The notes beneath the pieces were generated by a model. It worked only from the letters and a program-made list of their open reading frames with translations. It did not search any database and had not been told where the DNA came from. A stretch of DNA of 63,818 bases, counting the filler, from an uncultured bacterium (lineage in GTDB: Bacteria > DAOPZR01), in assembly GCA_964637655.1 (NCBI GenBank). It is 4 parts of 4 records of this genome, joined end to end, with 100 filler letters (N's around TTAATTAATTAA, not from the genome) between each part and the next. Parts side by side here need not be neighbours in the genome. Positions count along the whole stretch, not along the records: positions 1 to 16,008 come from CAZWUZ010000051.1; positions 16,109 to 31,997 come from CAZWUZ010000052.1; 2 more parts are not named here. One strand, written 5' to 3'. Every line of letters starts with the position of its first letter. The stretch's first letter is position 1. Shown in pieces: positions 10,341 through 19,539 of this stretch. Made by a program: the position numbers and the translations under genes.

Positions 10341-11839
10341 ACGCGCCGCGCGCGGCGGTGGTCGCCGCGGCACTGCTGACCACGGGACTCGCGCTGTGGT
10401 GGATCAGCGACGGGGCCGGTTCCACCGCAGCACTGGTACGCCTCCAGCCCGATGACGCCTATTACTACTTTCTGACCGCGCAGCATATCCGCGTCGACGG
10501 GATGTCCGCCTTCGACGGCAGTGCCCCCACCAACGGCTATCATCCGCTCTGGATGGCCTGCTGCGTGCTCTTCGCGCTGACGCCCGTGCGCGCCATGCTG
10601 CTCGGCTGGCTGCTGACGCTCGCGGCCGCCTCGTACCTCTGGCGCCTGCTGCGCCAGTGGATGGCACCGCCGGCCGCCGCGGCCGGCGTGGCGCTCTTCC
10701 TGCTCAATGCGCGCATCATCATGAACGCGCTCAACGGGCTGGAGACCGCGATGCACACGCTGCTCTTTGTCGCGGCGGTGCTGGCGGTGTGGCGGGCGGC
10801 AGGGCAGCCGTCGCGCGGTCGCGCCGCCGCTGCCGGGATCGCCATCGCACTGCTCTGGCTGTCGCGCACCGACGCGGCGTTTTACTGCCTCGCGCTGCTG
10901 GCGTGGTTCTGCTGGCAGGCGCCCGCGCTGCGTGCACGTGTCGTCGCGCTGGGTGCCGGCCTCCTCCCGCTCCCGCTGCTCTGGCTCGGGTGGAACCTGC
11001 ACGCGTTCGGCAGCATCGTGCAGACGAGCGGCAGCGCCATCCCGTTCGTGCTGCGCGAGGGAGGGCTGCTGGCGGCAACTCCGGGCGCAGAATGGCGGTA
11101 TGGCATCGGCAAACTTGCCGCGTGGCTGACCGATGGCGTCGGTTTTGCCACCGGCTGGCCCCCGGTGTTTTTCTGGGTGTCGCTCGGCGGCGCGCTGGTG
11201 CTGCTCGCCCGCAGCGGTGACGCGTTGCGTCCGCTGCGCCGCCTGCTCGTGCTGCTCTGGGGCGCGGCCGCGTTGCTTGTGCTTGTCCATACCCTCGTGC
11301 GCTGGCACCCGACACACTGGTATTTCCCGTCGCTGATCGTGCTGCACCTGCTGACGCTGACCCTCGCGCTGCGGCGCGTGCCGCCTGCCGCCGCGCGCCT
11401 GCTGCCGCTGCTGCTGGTGGTGCTGCTGCTCTGGCAGGGCGTGCAACTGTACGCGTGGCGGGCGGGGGATTACCCGTGGCAGACGGAACTGCTGGGCGCG
11501 GCGCAGTGGCTGCGTGTGCATACGCCGCCGGACGCCATCGTCGGGGCGTTCGACAGCGGCATCCTCGGCTGGTACAGCGGGCGCACGGTGGTCAATCTCG
11601 ATGGCGTGATCAACAACGAGGCGGCAACCGCCATCCGCGCGCGGTCGCTCTTCGCGTATATGCGGCAGCGCAAAGTGCAGTGGTATGCCGACCATGACCC
11701 GTACATGCGGCAGTTGTTCGCCCCGTTCGGCGGCGACCCGTGCGGCATGACCTACCGCGAGATGGCGGTCATCGACCATCCGGGGGTGGCGCTCAACGGC
11801 TGCCCGGTAAAGGTCTTCGCGCTCACCTGGCCGCAGTAA
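10337..11839 (+). CDS. Polytopic membrane protein, GT-C (PMT/ArnT/RgtA-like) glycosyltransferase-like
   Basis: DDAYYYF...TNGYHPLW, NGLET and NLDGVIN motifs; many TM helices; GTGA coupling to the kinase. Confidence 0.7.
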   Translation: MNAPRAAVVAAALLTTGLALWWISDGAGSTAALVRLQPDDAYYYFLTAQHIRVDGMSAFDGSAPTNGYHPLWMACCVLFALTPVRAMLLGWLLTLAAASYLWRLLRQWMAPPAAAAGVALFLLNARIIMNALNGLETAMHTLLFVAAVLAVWRAAGQPSRGRAAAAGIAIALLWLSRTDAAFYCLALLAWFCWQAPALRARVVALGAGLLPLPLLWLGWNLHAFGSIVQTSGSAIPFVLREGGLLAATPGAEWRYGIGKLAAWLTDGVGFATGWPPVFFWVSLGGALVLLARSGDALRPLRRLLVLLWGAAALLVLVHTLVRWHPTHWYFPSLIVLHLLTLTLALRRVPPAAARLLPLLLVVLLLWQGVQLYAWRAGDYPWQTELLGAAQWLRVHTPPDAIVGAFDSGILGWYSGRTVVNLDGVINNEAATAIRARSLFAYMRQRKVQWYADHDPYMRQLFAPFGGDPCGMTYREMAVIDHPGVALNGCPVKVFALTWPQ

Positions 11840-11880
11840 ATTCGTATCTTTTTTTTTCACTGACCAGCATGAACAGCGCA

Positions 11881-11986
11881 CAACGTTCACCGCGGAGCAC
11901 ACAGAGCACACGGAGCGGTTGCGGTATGCCAGTGGTGCCGCACTCTCCGCGCGGGAGAGACACACAGGGCAGCGGCTGAACAGTAC
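11881..11986 (+). repeat. CACAGAG-type intergenic repeat element
   Basis: TTCACCGCGGAGCACACAGAGCACACGGAG core as at 30961-31343; right end GGCTGAACAGTAC resembles the MITE end. Confidence 0.65.
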
Positions 11987-12005
11987 CTGAAAAGATACAA
12001 TTTCC

Positions 12006-12138
12006 GCAACTATTCACCCTCATCCAACCTTCCCCCTCGCAGAGGGGGAAGGCAAACACCCTCTCCCGCCCGCGGCGGGAGAGGGCAGGGTGGCCCACAG
12101 GGTCGCTCTGCAAGATGCGTGGGTGGCTGAATAATTAC
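12006..12138 (+). repeat. MITE/REP-like element, copy C
   Basis: GCAACTATTCACCCTCATCCAACCTTCCCCCTC ... GGGTGGCTGAATAATTAC; closely matches copies A and D. Confidence 0.8.
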
Positions 12139-12149
12139 CAATTTTCCAT

Positions 12150-12178
12150 TTGGCAGCAGGCATCCAATATGTTATATT
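12150..12178 (+). promoter_or_regulatory. sigma70-type promoter for the K+ channel gene
   Basis: TTGGCA-N17-TATATT with extended TG, 8 nt before the ATG at 12187. Confidence 0.55.
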
Positions 12179-12186
12179 CCCCGACT

Positions 12187-13188
12187 ATGGAGATGATGCG
12201 GCAGAAACTGTTCGTGGCGTTCGCTCTGGTGCTGGCGGTGTTCTGCACCGGGGTGGCGGGCTACCGGCTGATCGAAGGGTGGTCGCTGCTCGACGCGGTC
12301 TACATGACGGTGATCACGCTCGGCAGCGTCGGCTACGGCGAGACCAACCCTTTGCACCCGGCCGGGCGGGTCTTTACCATCGTGCTGATCGGCATGGGGA
12401 TGAGCGTCTACGTTTATGCCCTGACGACGATCACCGCCTTTTTCGTCGAAGGGGAACTCGGGGGCGTGCTGCGGAGGAAACGGATGCAGAAGAAACTCGC
12501 GAAACTTGCCGGGCATTACCTCGTCTGCGGCAGCGGGGCGGTGGCGCGGCATATCGCCGCGGAACTGGCGCAGACCGGGCGCCCGTTCGTCTTCATCGAC
12601 AGCGACGCGGCATCGCTGCAGCTGGCACAGGCGGAGTTTGCCGATGCCCCCTGGCTGCAGGGGAATCCCGCGGACGACGAAACGCTGCAGACGGCGGGCA
12701 TCGACCGCGCCGCGGGCGTGGTGGTGGCGCTCGACACCGACAAGGACAACGTCTTTGTTGTCATCACCGCACGCAGTCTGCACCCGCAGGTGCGCATCGT
12801 TACCGCGGCGCACGGCACGCACGCGCATGCCAAGTTGCGGCGCGCGGGGGCGGACGCGGTCGTGTCGACCGAGGCGATCGGCGGCCTGCGCATGGCCTCG
12901 GAACTGGTGCGCCCCACCGTGGTCTCGTTTCTCGACCAGATGCTCCGCTCGTCGGATGCGCCGGTGCGGTTCGAGGAAATCGCCGTCAGCGACTGCCGCG
13001 CGCTGGCAGGCAAAAAGCTGCGCGAGGCGGACATCAACCGCCGCACCGGCCTGATTGTCATCGCCATCCGCGACGCGCTGGCCGGTTGCTTCATCCATAA
13101 CCCGCCGGCAGACCACTGCCTGCGGGAACAGGATGTGATGATTGTGCTCGGGGACAGCCGGCAGCTCGCCGCGCTGCGGGAACTGTAG
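12187..13188 (+). CDS. Potassium channel with RCK (TrkA-N/TrkA-C) domains
   Basis: Two TM helices with a pore loop ending GSVGYG; HYLVCGSG, DKDNVF and AGADAVVS RCK motifs; start could be 12187-12196. Confidence 0.9.
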   Translation: MEMMRQKLFVAFALVLAVFCTGVAGYRLIEGWSLLDAVYMTVITLGSVGYGETNPLHPAGRVFTIVLIGMGMSVYVYALTTITAFFVEGELGGVLRRKRMQKKLAKLAGHYLVCGSGAVARHIAAELAQTGRPFVFIDSDAASLQLAQAEFADAPWLQGNPADDETLQTAGIDRAAGVVVALDTDKDNVFVVITARSLHPQVRIVTAAHGTHAHAKLRRAGADAVVSTEAIGGLRMASELVRPTVVSFLDQMLRSSDAPVRFEEIAVSDCRALAGKKLREADINRRTGLIVIAIRDALAGCFIHNPPADHCLREQDVMIVLGDSRQLAALREL

Positions 13189-13189
13189 C

Positions 13190-13978
13190 ATGACGCGGGC
13201 GAAGAAGGGGAAACGCCGCGCGCCGGAGGGGGCTGACCTGCCGGCTGCCGGGTCGGCTCCGTCCATGCCGCTGACGGGCTCCGCCCCCTGGTCACCCGTG
13301 CCCGTGACGCCGGAAACCACCGTTGCCTCGTTGCTCAAGATGCTGCGCCGCGCCCTGTGGGGGGCGATGGTGCGCAATGCGCTGGTGACGCTCTTTGCCT
13401 GCGGCTGCATCGCGCTGCTCGCGGTCATCATGCTCGAGCGCGAACAGCACCGGCAGCAGCTGCGCGAGGTTGAACTGCGGCGTGATTTCTACGAGCAGAA
13501 ACTGCGCCGCGCGGTGCAGGACCAGGCTGAGGCGCATCGCTACGACGGGTACTATCTTTCCGTCGACCTTGAGAATGACGAACTGCGCATCATGCGCAAC
13601 GGTGACGTCATCCGCCGCGCCATCTGCGCGCACGGGGCGGGACGCGTGCAGCGCGCCGGCCGCTGGTTCGATTTTTCCACCCCCGTCGGGCGCCGCACGG
13701 TGCTGCGCAAGGAGACCGACCCGGTCTGGATCCGTCCCGACTGGGCGTGGCATGAACAGGGGGAGACGCTGCCGCAGAACCTCACGCTGGCGCAGCGCGA
13801 GGTGCGCGGCATACTCGGCAAGTACCGCCTGCAGACGGGCGACGGCTACGATATTCACGGGACCAATGGCGGGGTGCGCCCGGGCGACTACTCGCACGGC
13901 TGCATCCGACTCAACGACGACGACCTCGAAGAGGTGCACAAACTGATCAGGGTCGGGGCGCCGGTCTACATCTACTGA
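13190..13978 (+). CDS. L,D-transpeptidase (YkuD family)
   Basis: IHGT...SHGCIRL catalytic motif; one TM helix. Confidence 0.88.
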   Translation: MTRAKKGKRRAPEGADLPAAGSAPSMPLTGSAPWSPVPVTPETTVASLLKMLRRALWGAMVRNALVTLFACGCIALLAVIMLEREQHRQQLREVELRRDFYEQKLRRAVQDQAEAHRYDGYYLSVDLENDELRIMRNGDVIRRAICAHGAGRVQRAGRWFDFSTPVGRRTVLRKETDPVWIRPDWAWHEQGETLPQNLTLAQREVRGILGKYRLQTGDGYDIHGTNGGVRPGDYSHGCIRLNDDDLEEVHKLIRVGAPVYIY

Positions 13979-14006
13979 AACAGGACGTACGGGGAGGGGA
14001 CGTACC

Positions 14007-15095
14007 ATGAGTGCTCACAAGTCGAAACTGCGGACCGCGCTGGAGTACGGCATCGCCGGCGGGCTCTTCATCCTGCTGCTGGCGTGGATGGCCGGCGTGT
14101 TCCATGACAAGGTCGGGGCGGACGCCCCGGTGCCCGCCCCGCCGCCGGTCACCGGCGCGCGTCTCACCGTGACGGCGGAAACGCTGGCGGCGACGAGCGA
14201 ACTGGCCGGTACCGTCGAACCCTACCAGCAGGCTGACCTGATGGCCAAGGTCAGCGGCACGGTGCAGGTGCTCAACGTGCGCGAGGGCGCGCGCGTCAGT
14301 GCCGGGCAGGTGCTCGCCGTCATCGAGTCGCCCGAACTGCAGGCGCAGGTGCTGCAGGCGAGCGGGGGCGTGCAGGCCTCGGCGGCGCGTATCGCGCAGG
14401 CGCAGCGCGACCTCGCCCGCTACGAGAACCTCTACCGCGAGGGGGTCATCTCGCAGCAGGAACTCGAACGGGTACGCACTGAGTTCGCCCTGTCGCGCGC
14501 CTCGGAGACGAGCGCGGCCGGTGCGGTCAACGCGGCGCAGGCGTTCGCTGACTACCGCTACGTGCGCGCGCCGTTCAGCGGACTCGTCGCCCGCCGCCAC
14601 GTCGATCCGGGCGCCCTGGTCGGGCCCGGCCAGCCCATCCTCACCATCCATGACCCGTCACGCTGGCGGTTCGTGGTCGCGCTGCGCGCGCGTGAATTGG
14701 GAACGCTCGCCATTGGCGACACGCTGACGGTCATGCTCGATGAAACGGGTGAAACACTGGCCGGGAAAGTGGCGGAAATCACCCCGGCGTTCGACGCGGC
14801 CAGCCGCAGCGCCACGGTCAAACTCGACCTGCCGTCGCGCCCGAACCTGCGCGCCGGGCTCTTCGGGCGGGTGCGTTATGCCGCCGGCGACCGGCAGGTG
14901 CTTGCCCTCCCGGCTGACGCGGTGCGCCGCGCCGGCACCCTCGCGTTTGTCCGCGTGGCTGTGCGGGTTGGTGACGGTGAAACCGCGGAAACGCGCTACG
15001 TGCGGCTTGGCGCAACACTGCCGGACGGGCGTTGCGAGGTGCTTTCCGGGGTGCAGCCGGGGGACATCGTGCTGACCGGTGCGGAGGCGCGGTGA
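14007..15095 (+). CDS. RND efflux periplasmic adaptor (MFP)
   Basis: KVSGTV..LNVREG..V.AGQVL lipoyl-like motif, coiled coil, APFSG and LRAGLFG. Confidence 0.9.
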   Translation: MSAHKSKLRTALEYGIAGGLFILLLAWMAGVFHDKVGADAPVPAPPPVTGARLTVTAETLAATSELAGTVEPYQQADLMAKVSGTVQVLNVREGARVSAGQVLAVIESPELQAQVLQASGGVQASAARIAQAQRDLARYENLYREGVISQQELERVRTEFALSRASETSAAGAVNAAQAFADYRYVRAPFSGLVARRHVDPGALVGPGQPILTIHDPSRWRFVVALRARELGTLAIGDTLTVMLDETGETLAGKVAEITPAFDAASRSATVKLDLPSRPNLRAGLFGRVRYAAGDRQVLALPADAVRRAGTLAFVRVAVRVGDGETAETRYVRLGATLPDGRCEVLSGVQPGDIVLTGAEAR

Positions 15096-15096
15096 C

Positions 15097-16008
15097 ATGC
15101 GGCACGAAACGCCCGACGAACTGAAAAACGCTCCGACCGGCTGGACCGCCGACATCGTCAAGGTCTTCCTGACCTCGAAGATGTCGGTCCTGCTCATCAT
15201 CGCCTCGCTGGTGGCGGGCGCCTTCGCGCTGCTCTTCACGCCGCGCGAGGAGGATCCGCAGATCATCGTCCCGGTCATCGACGTCGCGGTTGCCATGCCC
15301 GGCGCCTCGGTACAGGAGATCGAGCGGCTCGCTGCCACCCCGCTGGAAACCATCCTCAAGGAGATACCCGGGGTGGAAAACGTCTACACCATGGCGCGTC
15401 CCGGGTCGCTGCTCGCCACCGTCCGCTTCTACGTCGGGCAGGACCGCGAGCAGTCGCTGACCAAGGTCTTCACTGCGCTCGAGGCGAACCGCCACCGCGT
15501 CCCGCCGGGACTGCCGATGTGGCAGGTGACGCCCGTCGATATCGACGATGTCCCCATCCTCTCGCTGACCCTCTACGCGCGTGATCTGGCGGCGTCCGAC
15601 CTGCGCCGCATCGCGCTCGAACTGCAGCAGGATGTTCACCAGCTGCCCGATATCGGGAAGACCGCGGTGGTCGGTGGCGAGCGGCGCGAAGTGCGCCTGA
15701 CGCTTGACCCCGCCCGCCTCGCGGCACATCACCTGACACCGCTCGACATCGCGCAGCGCCTGCCGGCGGCCAACCTCAACCTGCCGGGCGACCGCCTCGT
15801 CAGCGGGCGGGAAACGGCGGTCTATGCCGGGCCGTTCCTGCGCCGCGCCGACGACCTGCGCCGCCTCGTGGTGGCGGTCAATGACGGCAAGCCCGTCTAC
15901 CTCGAAGACGTGGCGGACATCACTGACGGCATCGAGGAACCGCTCACCTATACCCGCATCGGGTTCGGGCCCGGCGCGCCGGCGGAGGTGCGCGGCGACG
16001 GCAGTGAA
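15097..16008 (+). CDS. RND efflux permease (AcrB/AcrD/AcrF family), truncated by contig end
   Basis: TPREEDPQI, MPGASVQEIE and DVPILSLTL motifs; no stop before the linker. Confidence 0.9.
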
Positions 16009-16108
16009 NNNNNNNNNNNNNNNNNNNNNNNNNNNNNNNNNNNNNNNNNNNNTTAATTAATTAANNNNNNNNNNNNNNNNNNNNNNNNNNNNNNNNNNNN
16101 NNNNNNNN
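16009..16108. other. Artificial contig linker
   Basis: 44 N + TTAATTAATTAA (stops in all six frames) + 44 N. Confidence 0.97.
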
Positions 16109-16203
16109 AGGGGGAAGGCAACCACCCTCTCCCGCCGCGGCGGGAGAGGGAAGGGTGGCCCACAGGGTCGCTCTGCAAGATGCGTGGGTGGCTGAATTGT
16201 TGC
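16109..16203 (+). repeat. MITE/REP-like element, copy D (partial, at contig start)
   Basis: Matches the 3' part of copy C; the contig breaks inside the repeat. Confidence 0.8.
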
Positions 16204-16216
16204 GAAAAAACAGGAA

Positions 16217-17425
16217 ATGGAGACGCTCATGAAAATGATGACGGTGCTGCTGGTGATGCTGGTCTGCTGTGCTATGCCGGTGCAGGGAAACGATTCGGCG
16301 ATGAACGACGGGGCGTACGGCCCGGAGCCGATGGGCTGGCGCGCGGGCGCGGAGAGCGTGATTCGCATGGAGGCGGAACATCTCACTATCGATTTCCACC
16401 GCGAGTATTCCGATGTGCGCGTGGTCTTTACCTTCCGCAACACGGGTCGGACAACGGCGAAGCAGCTGCTCGGTTTTCCCGACCTGTCGGCAGCCATCAC
16501 GGAAGCGGAACAGCTGAAAAGCGAGGTGGCTGATTACCTGAACCTGTCGGGGCCGATGCAGGATGTGCAGACCATCGTCAACGGCGAGTGGGTCGGCACG
16601 GAGCGGCAGGTCGGGTATATCGCGTCGTACTGGAGTGACACCGCGTGGTCGCCGGGAACGCCGGAGAACGGTGTCCCGATGGTCTGGTGGACGGCCTGGG
16701 TCGATTTTCCCGCCGGTGAGCCGGTGACGGTGGAGCGGCGCTACCGCGTGCGCAACGGCATCCAGGCGGGCGGACCGAACTGGTTCGAGTACATCACGCG
16801 CACGGGCGCGGCGTGGCAGGGAACCATCGGGCTGCTGACGGCGGACATTTACCTGCATGACGGGCTGACCAGCGACGACATCCAGTGGACGGACAACTGG
16901 GACGATACCGCGACGCGCACGCCGGCGCGCGGCAGCGGCTGGGAGATCATCACGCCGACGCTGCTGCGGCTGCAGTGGCGCGACTTCGAGCCGGCGCTGC
17001 AGGAGGACCGCACGCAGTTCAAGGTGATGACGCGTTACATCCCCTGGGATAACCGCGAAGGCCACCTGCTGTACGGGGCGCGCACGGGGGGTGACTGGCG
17101 CTGGCATGAACTGCTGGCGGACACGACGTTCAACCGCAACTGCCGCGACGCGCAGGGGCGTACGGCGCTGTATCTGGCGGTTGATAACCGGCAGGTGCAG
17201 AACGTGCGCGACCTGCTGGCCGTGGGAGTGAATGTGAACCTCGCGGACCGCGACGGACGGACGCCGCTGATGCTGGCGGCGATACAGGGTGAGGCGACGC
17301 TGGTACGCGAACTGCTCGCGCGCGGGGCGCGGGCGGCCATGCGGGACCGCAACGGGAAAACCGCGCGCGACTACGCGCTGCTGCTTGGCCGCGAGGCGGT
17401 GCTGCGCCTGCTGCCGCGGCGTTGA
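16217..17425 (+). CDS. Secreted DUF4424-like protein with C-terminal ankyrin repeats
   Basis: Signal peptide, then NDSA...IRMEAEHLTI...LGFP...YITRTGAAW.GTI; ankyrin motifs GRTALYLA, GRTPLMLA and GKTARDYA; start may be 16229. Confidence 0.75.
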   Translation: METLMKMMTVLLVMLVCCAMPVQGNDSAMNDGAYGPEPMGWRAGAESVIRMEAEHLTIDFHREYSDVRVVFTFRNTGRTTAKQLLGFPDLSAAITEAEQLKSEVADYLNLSGPMQDVQTIVNGEWVGTERQVGYIASYWSDTAWSPGTPENGVPMVWWTAWVDFPAGEPVTVERRYRVRNGIQAGGPNWFEYITRTGAAWQGTIGLLTADIYLHDGLTSDDIQWTDNWDDTATRTPARGSGWEIITPTLLRLQWRDFEPALQEDRTQFKVMTRYIPWDNREGHLLYGARTGGDWRWHELLADTTFNRNCRDAQGRTALYLAVDNRQVQNVRDLLAVGVNVNLADRDGRTPLMLAAIQGEATLVRELLARGARAAMRDRNGKTARDYALLLGREAVLRLLPRR

Positions 17426-17450
17426 CGCGCCCGCGGCGTACTGCTACGAT
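17422..17450 (+). promoter_or_regulatory. sigma70-type promoter for the SPFH operon
   Basis: TTGACG-N17-TACGAT with extended TG. Confidence 0.6.
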
Positions 17451-17487
17451 TGACTGACTACGCGGCTGCTGCCGCCCGGAGGCACCC

Positions 17488-18501
17488 ATGTTCGGTATCA
17501 GGTTCGTCAAGTTCCAGCCCACCACTTACGTGCTGCGCTACTGGAACGGCAAACTGACGGCGCAGGGGGCGGGGCTGTCGTTCTTCTACTACGCGCCGAT
17601 GACCTCGCTGGTCGCAGTGCCCGTCAGCAGCGTCGAGGCCCCGTTCATCTTCGAGGAGGTGGCGGCCGATTTCCAGGGGGTCACCATCCAGGGGCAGGTG
17701 ACCTACCGCGTCGCCGACCCGGTGAAACTCGCACAACTGCTCAACTTCACGCTTGACCAGACGGGGCGCGGCTATGTCGCCGAGGATCCGCAGAAACTGC
17801 CGCAGCGGCTGGTCAACGCGGTGCAGGTGCTGACGCGCAAGCAGGTGCTTGGCATGTCGCTGCGCGAGACGCTGCAAAGCGCGGAGAAACTGGCGACCGC
17901 GGTGGCGGCGGGCCTGCGCGAGAACGCGGAGATCACCTCGCTCGGGCTGGAGATCCTCAACGTCGCGCTGCTCGCCATCCGCCCGAACAAGGAAACGTCG
18001 CGGGCGCTCGAGGCGGAGACGCGCGAGCGCATCCTCAAGGAGGCGGACGACGCCATCTACGCGCGGCGCAACGCCGGGGTGGAGCAGGAGCGGACGATCA
18101 AGGAGAACGAGCTGAACACCGAGATCGCGGTGGAAAACAAGAAACGGCAGATCCGCGAGGCGCAGATGGAAGCGGAACGTGTGGTGCAGGAGAAGCAGCA
18201 GGCACTGCAGGCGGCGGCGATGGAATTCGCCATCGCGCAGGAGAAGGAAAAGGAAAAACTGGTCGCGGTGCAGGTGCAGAACGCGAAGGCGGAGGCGGAT
18301 GCCAGCGCGTACGCGGTCGGCGCCACGCTCAAGGCGTTCCACGGGGTCGCGCCGGAAACGGTGCAGGCGCTGGCGAGCATGGGGATGAAGCCCGACCAGC
18401 AGATCGCGCTCGCGTTCCGCGGTATCGCGGACAAGGCGGGACAGATCGGGCAGCTCAACGTGTCGCCTGACCTGCTCAGGGAACTGCTGCAGAAGCAATG
18501 A
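17488..18501 (+). CDS. SPFH/Band 7 domain protein
   Basis: GAGLSFFYY, DFQGVTIQGQVTYRV and AIYARRNAGVEQER motifs with coiled coil; GGAGG RBS. Confidence 0.88.
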   Translation: MFGIRFVKFQPTTYVLRYWNGKLTAQGAGLSFFYYAPMTSLVAVPVSSVEAPFIFEEVAADFQGVTIQGQVTYRVADPVKLAQLLNFTLDQTGRGYVAEDPQKLPQRLVNAVQVLTRKQVLGMSLRETLQSAEKLATAVAAGLRENAEITSLGLEILNVALLAIRPNKETSRALEAETRERILKEADDAIYARRNAGVEQERTIKENELNTEIAVENKKRQIREAQMEAERVVQEKQQALQAAAMEFAIAQEKEKEKLVAVQVQNAKAEADASAYAVGATLKAFHGVAPETVQALASMGMKPDQQIALAFRGIADKAGQIGQLNVSPDLLRELLQKQ

Positions 18502-19442
18502 GTGCGCCGGCGTTCGCCGAACGCAAGGTCGTGCTGGTGCGGCGCACGACGCGCCTTGACGAGCTGATCGCGCGCTTCAACTCGGCGGCGCAGGCGCGGT
18601 TCTACGTTGAGCACCAGGGTGCCGATTTCGGCGACTACGAGCGCGAACACGCGGACTATCACGCGGCGCTGGCGGCGGCGCGCGCGGCCCTGGCGCCGCT
18701 GACCCGCCTGCAGGAACTCGACCGCGCCTTCCTCCCCAATTATCTCTTCTCGCCCGACGACGTGGTGGTGGCGGTCGGGCAGGACGGCCTCGTGGCCAAC
18801 ACGCTCAAGTATCTCGACGGGCAGCCGCTCATCGGGGTCAACCCGGCGCCGCGGCGCTGGGACGGCGTGCTGCTGCCGTTCACCGCGGACGCGCTGGCAA
18901 CGGTGGTGCCCGAGGTGCTGCGCGGCAAACGGCAGGCGAAGATGGTGACGCTGGCGGAGGCGCAGCTCAACAACGGGCAGTCGCTGCTCGCGGTCAACGA
19001 CCTGTTCATCGGGCAGCGGACGCATGTCTCCGCGCGTTACGAGCTGCGGCAGGGGAAAAAACACGAGTGGCAGTCGTCGAGCGGGATCATCGTCTCGACC
19101 GGGCTGGGCGCGACGGGCTGGCTGAAAGGCGTCTTCGCGGGAGCGGCCGGCGTGGTACAGGGCGCGTCGGGAAAAAACGTGCAGCTCGCCCCGAAGAAAC
19201 AGTTCGCCTGGGATGCCGACTATCTCTGCTATGCGGTGCGCGAACCGTTCCCGACGCAGATCACCGGCACGAGCATGGTCTACGGCACGGTGCGGCGCAA
19301 CGCGCCGCTGGTGGTCGTCTCGCACATGGCGGAGAACGGCGTGATTTTCAGCGATGGCGTGGAGAAGGATTTCCTCGAGTTCAACTCGGGTACCAGTGCG
19401 ACAGTCACCCTGGCCAGGCGCCGGGGGCAGCTGGTGGTCTGA
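18498..19442 (+). CDS. NAD kinase-like protein
   Basis: VGQDGLVAN (GGDG-like), IGVNP, AVNDLFIG and SSGIIVSTGLGATGW motifs; ATGA coupling. Confidence 0.8.
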   Translation: MSAPAFAERKVVLVRRTTRLDELIARFNSAAQARFYVEHQGADFGDYEREHADYHAALAAARAALAPLTRLQELDRAFLPNYLFSPDDVVVAVGQDGLVANTLKYLDGQPLIGVNPAPRRWDGVLLPFTADALATVVPEVLRGKRQAKMVTLAEAQLNNGQSLLAVNDLFIGQRTHVSARYELRQGKKHEWQSSSGIIVSTGLGATGWLKGVFAGAAGVVQGASGKNVQLAPKKQFAWDADYLCYAVREPFPTQITGTSMVYGTVRRNAPLVVVSHMAENGVIFSDGVEKDFLEFNSGTSATVTLARRRGQLVV

Positions 19443-19539
19443 TTTCTCATCCCTGTCTCATCTGCAGTTCTGCTGCAACTTACGCAAAAAGCCTCCTGTC
19501 TGTGCAACTATGCGGGCATTCCCGCACAGGAGGAAAACA

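Noticed and set aside
16053-16064. TTAATTAATTAA as a biological motif
   Set aside because: Identical copies centred in N runs at all three joins; synthetic six-frame stop linker
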